DNA of 64,000 nt, taken from Rhizophagus irregularis (lineage: Eukaryota). Below the pieces are notes generated by a model. The model was given only the letters and a program-made list of their open reading frames with translations. It was not told where the DNA came from and ran no database searches. Positions 25,068 to 38,346 of this stretch are shown in pieces. How positions within the stretch are numbered: position 1 is the stretch's first letter; each line of letters begins with the position of its first letter. Both the position numbers and the translations under genes were made by a program. The stretch is from the NCBI RefSeq assembly GCF_026210795.1, contig NC_089434.1, positions 2,666,001 to 2,730,000 of the forward strand. Direction: 5' to 3'.

Positions 25068-26496
25068 TTCTTAGAGATCTAACTAATAATCTCAAAATAT
25101 AATGCATTATAAATAATTAGCATATGAAATGTAAGAAAATCTTAGTATACTAATATATTGAAGACCCTGTTAAATGTATATTAAGAAGTAATTGTAGTAC
25201 GATACGCTAGTTAAAAATTATGTACGACGACAGAACATAATATATCTAATACTTCCTCAAAAATAAAGTTTTTGACTTCTGAAGTTCTGAACAAATGAAT
25301 AAAATCATCATAATAATACTTGCACGTAACTTTCAATGCTACTCATTAATTTGCTTCGAACTCGCATAACTGATAATTTTTTTGCCGTTCGTATGATATA
25401 CCTTAATTATGAGTATACAATTTCGATAATTAAAGAAGTGAATTTTTGTTAATAATAAAACAAATTGGATACTATTTATTGTATATTTATTTTTGTGATC
25501 AAAAATATAATAGATTTTCATATTTGTAATATTTGTTTAAGATTTTGAATTTTAACGGAAAATTTATTTCATATTAATATTATCAGTTATGAATAACAAA
25601 GATAAATAGGCTGAATATAACTCGTTTTACAAAACAAAAAGGATTTCAACCAATGTTAATAATATTGATCGACCTTAACATTTGGTACAACGTTATGTGA
25701 TTCAATTTTTCTACTGATTTGTAAACGGACGGTACTTATTAAATTACTTTCCTTATATCGTAGTAGCTAATTAAACCCGTGTAACAATCCATAAGATCAC
25801 ATTTTTACACAACATAAAAAAGATAAGAATTTTCTCCCACCTTTTTATTTTTTTCATAAAAAAGAAATGATTCAAAGTAAGTAATGCATTAAACCTTTTT
25901 AATGTATGATGATGTTTTCTTTGAAAAATATTCTTTCTAAAGAAAAATAATAAATTTAAAAAAAGAAGGTTACATTAAAAAAAAAAGAGGCAATAAAAAA
26001 GGTTACATCAAAATAAAAAAGTAAAATAAATAATCTTTATGTATTGGTTGGGTTTAATTGTTACATTGTTTACGAAAACGTAAATTTTATTTTAATTAAA
26101 AAATTCCTAATGAATAATATTGTATGTGTATTATTGTAAGTATGTATATTATTTCATTAAATCTGTATTCTGTAACTGTCGTACATTTGTATGTCGTATT
26201 TCAAATTCGTTCATGTGCATTTTCGGTTGTTTATTTCATATAAAATGAAAACCGAATTTTTTTTTTGGATTTTTTTTTGTGAAATAATTATCTCTCCCAT
26301 TTCCTTATCCCTACCTCTCTTTATTTTTTTTCCTTCCTTCCTTCCTTTCTTTCTATCCTCTATTAAAAAATTTTTTCTTGATGTTATTCAAGATTAAATT
26401 TCTTAATTAAAATCATCCATTCATTCATTCACTTATTACCGTAATTTTAAAAATAAAAATCCTTTAATAATTACCTTTAAAAAAAAAAATTAAAAT

Positions 26497-27324
26497 ATGG
26501 GAAGAAGAAAATTATTTAATGGACCTCTCTCTTCAATATTAACGTTAATAACGTTATTATTTTTGATATCATTTGTTGTTGGTCAAGCACCTGCACCAGC
26601 TGTTCCTGCTCCCGCTCCCGCTCCCGCAAAAGCCCCTGCTAAGGAAGCAGATGCTAAAAAAACCAAAGAACCCGCAAAAGCCAATACTAAAGCTCCAGCT
26701 AAAGGAAAAGCAAAGGAAGATGATGCAAAGAATGCAAAAGATGCAAAGGGTGCAAAGGGCGCAAAAGATGCAAAGGGTGCAAAGGCAAAGGTTGACCCTA
26801 AAGCTGCTAAAGCTCCAGCTCCCCCAGCTGCCGCAGCTCCACCACCTCCACCAGCTCCACCAGTTCCAGCTCCAGCTCCAGCTCCAGCTCCAGTTCCAGC
26901 TCCAGACCAAAATTTAGCAAAACAATGTAATGATTGTTGGACTAATAAGAGATCAGAATTACCAGCTTGTAAGGGAATATCGAAGGATGAATTTACGGCA
27001 TTTAATAAATCACCTAATTCACCAAAAGTTGCCAGTTGTTTATGTTTATTTGCCAATAGTATGGCATCAGTTTTTGATAATGAATGTAGCGCTGTTTGCG
27101 TTGATCAAAAACTTATTACTGACCTCAATAATCAAGCATCTCAATATAAAACTGCTTATAAATGTGATGATAAAGGTAATTCTATATTGGGCTCTAGTAG
27201 TAATCTTGTTGGAGGATCTGGAAATCAAACAGCCTCTGCCATTTCAAATAATATTAATGAAAATAATATGGTCCTCGGATTATCTTTCATGATTGGAATG
27301 GTTTTATTCTTAATCTTTAATTAA
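26497..27324 (+). CDS. Secreted, probably GPI-anchored arabinogalactan-protein-like (AGL-like) protein with Pro/Ala tracts, AKDAKG repeats and an 8-Cys domain
   Basis: Hydrophobic signal peptide ending VVG-QAP, (AP)n tracts, K/D zwitterionic repeats, CxxC..C..CLC..C..C..C, then a small-residue linker and hydrophobic C-terminus. Single exon. Confidence 0.85.
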   Translation: MGRRKLFNGPLSSILTLITLLFLISFVVGQAPAPAVPAPAPAPAKAPAKEADAKKTKEPAKANTKAPAKGKAKEDDAKNAKDAKGAKGAKDAKGAKAKVDPKAAKAPAPPAAAAPPPPPAPPVPAPAPAPAPVPAPDQNLAKQCNDCWTNKRSELPACKGISKDEFTAFNKSPNSPKVASCLCLFANSMASVFDNECSAVCVDQKLITDLNNQASQYKTAYKCDDKGNSILGSSSNLVGGSGNQTASAISNNINENNMVLGLSFMIGMVLFLIFN

Positions 27325-29182
27325 AAAAAATAATTTATTATAAAAATAATTATATATATATATATAGTGATTGCACCTGGGGTGTTTATTATTTCATTTG
27401 TATCTATTATTGTATCTCTTTGATTTTGTAGAATACATTTTTATAGAATATTTGGGTTTTTTTTTTTAGCTAATTATAATAATTTTTAATTACGGTAATT
27501 TATTAAACAACTCTTTACTTTCTATAAAAGAAACGTAAATTTTATTAAATTTGTTAAAAATTTTTTTTTCAATTGTTTTAATTGTTCCATGTTTGATTTG
27601 AGTGTAATCATGCTTTATTTACTCTATCATGCTTCTACGCACATTAATCCATTCGTTAAAGACAATTTAACGTGTAATATTTTGTAACACAATGTGTTTA
27701 TATGCAAAATGCAAAGACAAAGAGGATTAAGTTTTGTATTAGGTCAAGAAAAACAATGTTATCTTTGTCTGCTCTCATCTGTGATTCCAGAAATCGAGGA
27801 TTCAGAGTATTCAGCGATCCTATTATTGGTATACAACCATCTTGATAATCGAATTTATGGGTAATAAATTTAATTATTAGGTAACATATCAGATAACATG
27901 TAAACGAATAAACAATTTTTTTTTTGAATGATCTATCTTGATAATAGCATCTAACTAAAAGAATATAAGCTTGACCTTTATCTGTTTGCGGTTAATATAT
28001 GAAAAAATCATATAATTGGTTTAATGTGCGTACAAAAGTGTAAATGTGTAATGATGTAATTTCAGAATGGATTATGTATTACAAGGTCTTCTTGTGATTT
28101 TACAAAGAAAAATCGAAAAAGAATATTAGTTTGCATGATCGAACGAAACATTATTAATTCTATTACAAATGTAACCAAAGTTTATATTTTTTGCGTTCTA
28201 GTTCATGTTACTTTTTAATTATTCACAAGCTAACTATTGAAAATGAAATTAATTGATATCGATTCACAAATTTTGAATGTTTATATTGAATCGGTCATAT
28301 TTCGATTCTAGAATACATACCGTACCGCACTGCATAAGTTAATTAAGTTATCCCCCCCCCCTTAAGAATATCTCAATCTATAATACGTACAGTAGCAGTT
28401 GATTTATGCCGTATAATAAAGGTAGTGACAATAGTTAATAGATATTAAGTAATATTTTAGGGGAGGGTTAATACAAAAGCATTTTTATTGGTCAAAAATC
28501 AATATATTATGTAATTGAATATTATTGGTTTACTCAAAGGAAAAGCTTCTTATGAAAATGATATTTCATATATATTAGTTTTAAGTATTATCAGGATGGA
28601 AGTTGTAACCGAGGTACAGTATATACAATTTCTAAACCAGTTACTGTATTTCGAGATATGTTGTGCAGTGTGATTCGGCCCTTTTATTGTATAGTGGTGA
28701 ATGGCGATTCTTGGTAATTTATTGATTCCATCAAGTATATATACACAGTATTAAATAACTATTTTCTACGGACGTTCAACAGTAAATCATTTGGAAATAC
28801 AGAATCTTGATTCTCCAATTCATCAATATCCTCGATACTACTGTATATAAAAATCGGTTATCGGAATGATTTAATTCGATAGTGGATAAATTTTATCCCA
28901 TTATCTGTTGTTGTATTGTACAATATTTAAATTTTTATTTATTTATATTATTCACATATGGTAGTTATGAGTACCCCGATCTCTATAAGAGTATACACTA
29001 TAATAATTTTGGCCAAATATCAAATTTTGGCAAAACTTAGCACCAGGCGTAACGCCGATCGGTTGATGAATTGAATACACATGATAATTGATAATCAGCA
29101 ACTTTGTGCTACGTCGATTAAATATAAAAATGATATACTAAAAAAAACGATCAACTTTTTTTTTTCTCTCTTTCCATTTAAA

Positions 29183-31222
29183 ATGAAAGTTATTATAACG
29201 GGAGCTTCTGGTTTATTAGGACGTGCTGTTTACAAAACTTTTAAGGAAACAAATTCAAATTATGAAGGTATTTTTTATCAAAGATTATAAGATTATAACT
29301 TATATTATAAAGTTTTTTAAATTTTTGATTTTCCAATTTTTTTTTTTTTCAAATTTCATTCATTCATTTCAATTATTTTAAATGATTTCTGTAATAATCA
29401 TAATTTATTTTTATTTAAAAAATCTTATATAGTTATTGGACTTGCAAAAACCAGAGTAAAAAATGATTTAAAACAGGTTATTCTTATCATGATCAATTAT
29501 GATCAATTTTCAAATTTTCTTCAAATTTCTTCAAATTTCTTAAAAAATTATCTTATATTTTTAACTGATTGTAAATTTTTTATCTTCTTTTAATAAAGTT
29601 GGATTTAACTGATAAAGCAGCTGTTGAATCATTCATTGAAGAAATTAAACCTGATGGTAAATCTCCTTTTTATAAAGTAACTGAATAAATAAATAAAATC
29701 TTTTTGGTTAAAATAAAAAATTCAATTTATTTTTTTTTTTTAAAAAAAAAAGTAATTATTCATAGTGCTGCCGAAAGAAAACCTGATGTAGTAGAAAAAA
29801 ATCAAGAATTAGCTTATGAGGTAAGTTATAATCTTTTGGGACAATAGTTATATGAATGCTAAATGCATTTACAAAGGATATCTTAATATTTTACATTATT
29901 TTCATTATTTTACATTAATAATAAATTTGATTGATAGTTAAACGTAAATACAACGGAACACCTTGCTAAATTATCATTAAAATACAAATTTTCATTAACT
30001 TATATTTCAACGGATTATGTATTCGATGGAAAAAATCCTCCTTATGAAGTTGATGATACACCTAATCCAATAAATCTATATGGTAAATGTATTTACCAAA
30101 CTGATGGGATGGATAGATATAAAGAGTATTTCGAATTTTTGGTTGACTTTAATTTATTGTTAATTTAGGAAATACAAAATATCAAGGAGAATTAGCCATA
30201 CAAAAAATTAATCCCGATAGTATAATCTTAAGAATACCTCTATTGTAAGTATTTTAACCAATTTTTTGAAAATGAGAAATTTTTAATCTGAATCGTATAC
30301 TTAGATACGGTGAAGCCGAATCTCCCGCTGAATCAGCTGCGAATATATTGATTGATTCTGTAAAGGTAATGTTGATATTAATTGGATTTGTGCGTGAAAA
30401 GATTTTGTAATGGTCGGCTACGATTTTTGAAGCACCAGAATCTATAAAAATCAGATGAATCGCATTATTTGCTTCAATTAAATATTTATTAATATTGGAT
30501 TTTTATTTTAGGATTCATCAAAGAAGACTGAAATAAATAATATTTCCAAAAGATATCCTACAAATGGTAAATATACCTGCCTTTTATAATAATAATATTT
30601 CTTTTTTTTATATATAATGAATTTTTGAATTCAAAATCTTGAACTTAAATTAATTTAGTCGAAGATGTCGCTAGAGTAATTAAAGATCTTACAGGTATTT
30701 AATTAAATCGATCCTTTTTATTCTCTCTAAAATTTACTTTTAGTAAAAATAATAATTTATTTTATTATAGTGAAAAGTGTTGAACAAAATGTTCCAATAA
30801 AAGGAATATTTCATTTTACCGCAAATGAAATGTTTACAAAATATGAAATATGTAGTAAGTCCTTAAATATATATATATATATGAATTAGTATTATTATAA
30901 AATCTTTTTTTTTTACTTATTCATTCCTTTAATATTTTTTTTTATTTTTTTTTAGAAACTTTTGCTAAAATATTGAATTGTTCAAGTGACCATTTAATTC
31001 CGCTTGATTCACAACCGCCTTCAGCTGCAGGTAAGTTATCGATAATTTATTATTTGTCTAAATAATATAATTATTAATACTATATTGTTATTATACTATT
31101 TTTTTTTTATAGCGAAACAACCTTTTGATAGTCATTTATCAACCAAGAGACTTGAAGAATTGGGTATTGATACAAAATGTGTCGGGTTTGAAGAATGGTG
31201 GACTAAATATCTTGGAGTATGA
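29183..31222 (+). CDS. RmlD-like extended SDR (dTDP-4-dehydrorhamnose reductase / methionine adenosyltransferase 2 beta-like); ~12 exons
   Basis: Spliced exons give MKVIITGASGLLGRAV, IIHSAAERKPD, YISTDYVFDG, PINLYGNTK (YxxxK), LRIPLLYG, RYPTNVEDVA and GIFHF. TGA at 31220-31222. Confidence 0.92.
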
Positions 31223-32471
31223 TTATTAGAATATAATTATTTGAATATAATTAGTAATTTGATTGAAAATTTTTTTTTTTTGTCAAAACATTTGTGTAAC
31301 TTTTTAAATTATTGTTAGAATGTTGGATTATAAGGTTCGATCGATATTATTCTGCATCGATCGATATTATAATCAAAAAGATTCTCTCCCAATTGATCAA
31401 AATCATTTTATTTTATTGGATAAACCTATTTATAACGGTCTTTGACTTTTATAGTTAATCCCTTTACCCAAATAAATACTTTTTTTCATTTTGTATTTCC
31501 TAAAAAAGTTTAAAAAAGTTTTACAAATTAAACGAAAAAGTAAGTAAAAGAAATAAATAACATACGTATATCACGATCATGATGATATTATTCATGTGAA
31601 AATTCTAATTGTTTGAAAAAAAAAAATAATAATAAAAAAATTGTTTATGGCTTTTTTTTTGTTTTGATTAAACAAATAAGGAGAAAAAAATCGTGCTGTT
31701 TTTAAGTTTATACATAATCTTTTTAAGATAAGCTAATTATAAATTTTTTTTTTATTATCCCCCCCAAAAAAAAATCTTTTTTTTTAATCGTAAGTTTTTT
31801 TTTTTTCGAAATTTTTGACGGTTAAACGTTTTGCACGTTCATTCGTCCGGGTAATCGCCCAATCATCCTTAAAATTGACAATAATAATCAATAACAATAC
31901 AATAAAATAAACACAGTAAATAAATGCGCACTTAAATGAAATACAATAATAAATCAAATAGATAGATGATTGAAAACAAATTTTTGATTGATAAAATTAA
32001 TGTTTGAATACGTTAAATAGTAAATACGTTTTGAAAATATATAAATTCTATTTTTTTTTTATCAGCATATATATACATTGGTCATTGAAGGAAACAATAT
32101 TTAAATGCACCTACAAATTTTTTATGATTTTTATTTTCACTGTGAATGAAAAAGAATATCTTTGTATGAAAAATATATTGGAATGAGAAGAATATCTTTG
32201 TATGAAAAATCTTTTGTGTGAAAAAAAATATGTATATATCTTGATATAAAAAGTATCAAAATCATTTAGAATGTATCTTTATTAAATTCTACAGTTGTAA
32301 AAAAAAAAATAATTGAAAAAAAAATACACAATGAAAGAAAATATTTATATATAAAGTTTTTTTTTTTTGGATGATGAAAGTCGAGATTATCATTTACAAC
32401 CTTCAATATGTTATAATTAAATGTTATAAATATATAATAATATGAGAGAGGATATACATATATATATAAAT

Positions 32472-33242
32472 TTATTTTCTTCCAGTATCACCTCCAGCTG
32501 TTGCAGTTGGTGGTTGACCACGAAAAGATTCTTGAAATTTGCTGGTTACATCTTGACCTGCAATAACAGTCATAAAATCTAATAATGCTCCTTTAAGCCA
32601 ATCTAAATCTTTTGGAATACCATTATTAAATGGAGTTTGTCTTTTAGAATTTGAATCATTTGCTGATGATGAATTGTTATTATTACCAAGATGAACGTTA
32701 CGATTAACATCAACGCCATCCCATGATTGATCAAAATATTTTTGTAAGAAATCCTCCCAATCATCCCCCATCATAGCTATTCTCTCTCTAACTCCACTTC
32801 TCAATTGTGCCCATACACGTGAAGTACGGAATAATCTTCGGGCATCATCGTAGAACGTTAAAAGGTATGAAACAAAAAATATAAAACATACACTTGTTAT
32901 ACAAAATGAATATAATATCATTAAAGAAACACCTTTTACTACTGAAGATGAAAGAACTTTTCTTGGTATATTAAGAGGACGAAGAAGAAGAGCTTTAAAT
33001 AATCCATTCTCATCATTATTAGAACTATTACGAGTTGAAGGTGTTTCTGTAATATCATTTCTAAGTACATTTGTTCCATTAGGTGTTATATTATTTTGTT
33101 GTTGTGATGGATAAAAATTTGCTTGACTGATATTATTGAAGTAAGGATTTTGATGTCCTGAAGGTCCTGCAGGATAATCAAAGTCATTGATATCGTCGTA
33201 CGGACCAAATGGTGGTGTGGGGGAGTTCGTACGAGGAGACAT
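32472..33242 (-). CDS. Hypothetical protein, 256 aa, with a central hydrophobic (membrane) segment
   Basis: Single long ORF with raised GC in an AT-rich context. Hydrophobic stretch GVSLMILYSFCITSVCFIFFVSYLLTFY. Confidence 0.8.
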   Translation of the reverse strand: MSPRTNSPTPPFGPYDDINDFDYPAGPSGHQNPYFNNISQANFYPSQQQNNITPNGTNVLRNDITETPSTRNSSNNDENGLFKALLLRPLNIPRKVLSSSVVKGVSLMILYSFCITSVCFIFFVSYLLTFYDDARRLFRTSRVWAQLRSGVRERIAMMGDDWEDFLQKYFDQSWDGVDVNRNVHLGNNNNSSSANDSNSKRQTPFNNGIPKDLDWLKGALLDFMTVIAGQDVTSKFQESFRGQPPTATAGGDTGRK

Positions 33243-34499
33243 TTGTAATTATTTTAAATTCTTCAAATAATTATTTAAGTTACACTAATAATACTTTTGT
33301 TTTGTTAAAAAAAAGTTTTTTATTGTCTTGAATCTATAAAAAAACTAAGAAAGTTCCAAATTTTTGAAGAAAAAAAAAATTTTTTTTTTGCTGCAAGAAA
33401 AAAAAATTCCCCAGTCCTATTTATTTATACTGAAAGAGAATATTGAACCCAAAAAAAGAAGGGAGAAACTTTATTAGTAAAAAAAAGGTTTTTTTTTTTA
33501 TCGGGTTGAAAAAAGAGGGCACTATCCGAATAAAGGTTTACTTCACTAAAAATGATTTATTATAATAAACAAAGAAAAAAACAAACAATTTTAGATAAGA
33601 TAACAAATTTTTTCATATACTTACAGGTTCACTGGAAAGAAAATTTACGGTTAAAAAAAAATTTTTTTTTTTTTTTTGAAAAGAACACTTTTAGAAAAAA
33701 AAGAATTGTAATAAAAACTTATTTATATAAGAATGATAACTGATGTGATAATTATTATATATATTGTACAATTACACGGGCCCAAAAAAATATATTATAA
33801 CTTTTCTTGTTTTTGTTTCAGGCGTTTGTACTTCAAAGAATTACCATATATTATTAAAATCACAAGGATTCGGAATCCCTTTTATGATGACATCTTTTTT
33901 TTTCTAATAAGGCAATGATGATTATTATAATTAAAGTGGCTTGGGACACTCATGAAAATCCGTTTTTTAATGAGCTTCCATCTATTAAAACTTGATTTGT
34001 TGGTTGTGCAAGTCTTTTTTTCCTCCTTGAAAAAACAGCCTAATATATATTATAGAACTTTTTTTTTTTTTTGAATACACGATCAATTGGAACACATAAG
34101 GAAATCATTCTTTTATATTCACGCCTTTCGCATGGTGCTTTTTTGCTTACCATGTAAAGGAATTGTTGCCAATCTTTTAAACTTTACATAACGTATGCAC
34201 GTAAACATCCTTGATTATTGAAAGTTATCATATGTACAACTATTTATCTATTTGTCACTAATTGTTAATTTCATGCAATGTTTTGTTTTATTAAAAAAAA
34301 ATAATAATAATAAGACTGGTAACAGCATACTGGCCGTTTTTTATATTATTACAAGTCAAAAACTTTAACTATTGTCACGTGATCTGAACGTGAGATTTTC
34401 AAGTGATATTCGAGCAAAAAAATTATTGATATAACGTAATCTTATCTTTATGACGAACATTTAATCAAACACCAAACCGTTTTTGGGAACATTTTAATC

Positions 34500-37400
34500 T
34501 TTGTAAACTTTTAAATCAAGGAGATTTAAATTATGAGAGACATTTTTATACATTTTATTTAAGGATTACTTTTTTTTAATAAAACTATATTTCTTTTCTT
34601 TCGTATTATTAGTATTTAATTGCATATATTTCTAGATTGCTTTAATGTTTTTGTCAAGTATCTCTTATACAAATTACATAATTATACTAACAGATGATAT
34701 ACTACAATAATACACTAGAATATAATATAAAATTTTCTATTAATTAATTCTTAAATAATCTTATTTTTAGAAAAAAATATCAAATAATCTATAATCTTAA
34801 ATTTCAGTTCTACTTTTTTCAATTTTTTCAATTAAGAAATTTAATTTATTAATTAATAATAAAATATTTAAACTTTTAATATATCTTGTTTCAAATTATT
34901 CAATTCTAATACAAAAATAATGGTATATATTTCTATTAATATATATATTATAATTTTATTTATAATTTTTTAAACTAATATTTTACATTTAATATTCAAA
35001 TGCTTAAGTGCAGTGTTTTGTGATAATTACATTTCTTTGTGAATTTTTTGTTTTATCTTAATTTAAAAATACTTATTTCAGTTATTTTATTAAATGTTAT
35101 TCTTCCTAAAGAATTAGCTATTCTTTTAATAAATAATAATTTAAATAATATATATTTTATTTTTAAATAATTTAATTATAAGTTGCCTTTATTTGTAATT
35201 TGACCTACTGGCAATTTTAATAAATAATACCTGCTTCCTTTAAAAATAATTTTTAAAAATAATAATAGTTTTATATTAAAATTATTTTCATTTAAAATAT
35301 ATAAATATTAATTATAATAAAACCATATTTTAATATAATTTATTAATTTCAATACAAATTTTTTTTTCTGATATCCAATCTTTTATTTTTAAATAATATT
35401 TTTTTATATAATTAAAATTCATTTAATATATATATTGTATTATTAAAAATATATTAAACTATTCTGTTTCTTTTTTTTATAAGTTTTTTTTTTACTGTTG
35501 ATGTCTACTATTTCTTGATTTACTTGTAGAAATTTTTGAAGCATTACTGCATTAGTATTAATTATCATATCTTTCTTTAAGTATAATTGAAATTAGTTAC
35601 AAATTAAAAAGAAATTACAAAAAAAACTTAGTTATTAATTCTTTTTAATAACCTTTGATATCATATTTATCAAATTCTTCAATATTTGTTAAATCAATTA
35701 TTTTGAAATCAAATATTTTAAAGTTTAAATATTTATTAGTATTTTTAAAATAATTTTTTTATTTTATTTTTATTTTTAATTAATATTATATTAAATTCCA
35801 TTTTTTGCAAATTTTTTGCAATTAATTTTTAAATTACAAATTAATTTAATATTTTATATTTAATGATTTTAATATAATAATTTATATTTAATATTTAAAT
35901 ATTTTTAAATTTATAAATTTAATACGATTAACATTTCTTATCTATTAATAAAGTTTTAAATATGTTGCAACTAAAAAAAAAATTTAAATTTATTAAAATA
36001 AATTTTATTTTAGAAAAATTTCTATACAATAATTTCCTATTAAATGAAATTTAAAATTAAAATTTTAAAATTATTATATAAATATAAATTTTAATTATTA
36101 ATTTTTTTGGAAGTTTTTAAGGACTGTTATATTTAAAATGATTTATTTTACATATAATTTACTTGCATAGGAAAATAACTAATTAATAGTATATATATAG
36201 AATTTATTTATTAAATAATGAATGGTATATAAGTTAATTATATTAACGTAGTTTTAGTTTCTTCATATACTTTATATTTGAATTTTATTTCTTTATTAAT
36301 AAGTTTATAAATATATATATTGTAATTAAAAAAAATTGTTAATTTTTTAAAAAATCAAATAAATTAAAAAAAAAATATAGAATAGTAATAATATTTTAAA
36401 ATAGTATTAATATGCTTCTTCAAATTTAATTACATTACAAACTTTATAGCCAAGATAATATATTACTAGTTCTATATTAAAGATAACTTTAGTAAGGCTT
36501 TTTTTGTAGTTTAAAAAAAATTTCATACATTTTGTCAGCTGGTAAGAAAGTTTATGATCTTTAATCTTATATTAAAAATTTTAAAGTTTTTCAAAAAAAA
36601 TTTAACAGTTCGATCAAAACTTTTTAAAAAAAATTAAAAGAAATAATTAAAAAAAGTTTTAATTTGAAAAACAAAAAAAATTTAAAAAAAAGTTAAGAAG
36701 ATAAAAAATAATATAAAAAGAATATACATAAAAAGAAGAGAACTAATAGCTTATTTTTAAATTATTTAGCTAATATTAATAATGATTTGCAAATTGCAAT
36801 TTAATAAATAAGCTTTTTTAAGTTTAATATTTTTCATTAGCTTTCTTTTTCCTTTTATAATTTCCTTTTTTTCATTTTCTTTCTTCCACTTTTTTCCGTT
36901 CATTTTTCCCTTTTCTTTTTATTCTTTTTTTTCTTTTGTTTTTCTTATTCTTTTTCTTGTTTTTTTTTCCTATTTTTTTTCTTTTACTTTTTTTTAGTGA
37001 CTGCTTTGAATCTTTTTAAACACGTTATTTCTTTTAATGAAGTTTATTAATGCTCATTTTTTTCTTTTTTTTAAGTATTTTTTAAATGTTTAGATGCATA
37101 AAAAATTTGGTAAGTAGATCATTTTTTAGCAGTTTTTTATGTTAATTAAAAAAAAACTATTTACTTTTTAAAAAAACAATTAAAGTTTCTTTTTTTTCTT
37201 TTTGTAGATGAAATACAATATTTAGACATATGGAAAATTTAATAGGTAAAGTTTTTTTTTACTATTTATTATTTCTTTTGACAAAACATTCACTAACATT
37301 TCATTTATTTATTTTTATAGTTTTCAAATATTTGGATATATGGAAATTTGGCAGGAAAGTGATTTTTTAATTATTCTTTAATGGAATGTTTACTAATGTT

Positions 37401-38110
37401 TCAATTTTTTAAACAGTTACTTTAGGTTTTTGGATGTACAGATTATGGTATTTTTTTTTTCACATTCTTAAACTTTATTTTAACAAAACATTAACCTAAC
37501 AATTTTGTTTTTCATTATTTTAGATAGGTTTCCAACTCTTAGATTCATGAATGGTGCTCTCTTTTTTTAAAATATATAATTAATTAATAAATTTTTTTTA
37601 TAATATTATAAATAAAAAAAGTATAATTTAAAAAAAACTTATTTATTATTTATATAATAAAGATTCTATATTAATCTAATAATTTATTAAATTAAATATA
37701 TTTTTATTAAATTCATTTTTTGAATATATAATCAGTTTTATTATTTTATAATTATTAAAAAATATTTTATAGTAATAAGTGATCCCATTCATGATTCTTG
37801 TCCAAATGGCATAATTCTAATAATTATACAATATTAAAAAATTATTTATTATTTTTATATTTTATTTTTATATATTTAAATCATTATCTATTTTTTTAAT
37901 ATGGGTGCTAATTTATAATTTATATTAGATTGAATATTAATATTATTATTAAAATAAAAAATTTAATACTATATTTTAAAAAAACTATCATATATAATTT
38001 TTGTAAATTATTTTAATAAAATTATAAATTGCATTTGTTAAATTAATTAATAATACAATTATTTAATAATAATGAATTAAAATATTAAGATTGTATAGAT
38101 TGCAATAACC
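34500..38110. mobile_element. Extremely AT-rich, CpG-depleted relic block (probable decayed transposon DNA)
   Basis: No ORFs of 60 aa or more in the track, and very few CG dinucleotides. Ends in a ~540-bp unit repeated at 42691-43222. Confidence 0.55.
37561..38108 (+). repeat. ~540-bp AT-rich direct repeat, copy 1
   Basis: Colinear with 42691-43222 (e.g. ttcttgtccaaatggcataattctaataattatacaatatt; ttgtatagattgcaataa). Confidence 0.9.
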
Positions 38111-38346
38111 TAATTCTATAAACACGTGAAAGATAATTCTATAAACGCGTTAAGAAAGATCAAAATAACCTAATTCTATAAACGCCAGAACAAACAACTT
38201 CTCCTTCTCTCTTTAAATACCTTTCAAGACATTCATCAACCCTACAATAAAAAAAATGGAACGTTAGTTCTTTGTTCCTGATGAAATAGAATATAAGCTA
38301 AATAACTTATAGTTACCTTATATTCCTATTTCCTAATCCCTAATCT

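Noticed and set aside
26569..27292. Overlapping ORFs 26569-26910, 26573-26917, 26583-27056 and 26930-27292
   Set aside because: Shadow frames of the repetitive AGL-like coding sequence.
33552..33918. Short F/I/K/Y-rich ORFs here and at 20039, 25339, 26191, 32004, 45200, 45389, 58216 and 62231
   Set aside because: Composition is what chance ORFs in A/T homopolymer-rich intergenic DNA would give.
38104..38185. Three short taattctataaac repeats, plus similar micro-duplications at 32150-32210 and 46960-47095
   Set aside because: Consistent with ordinary slippage duplications; no evidence of function.
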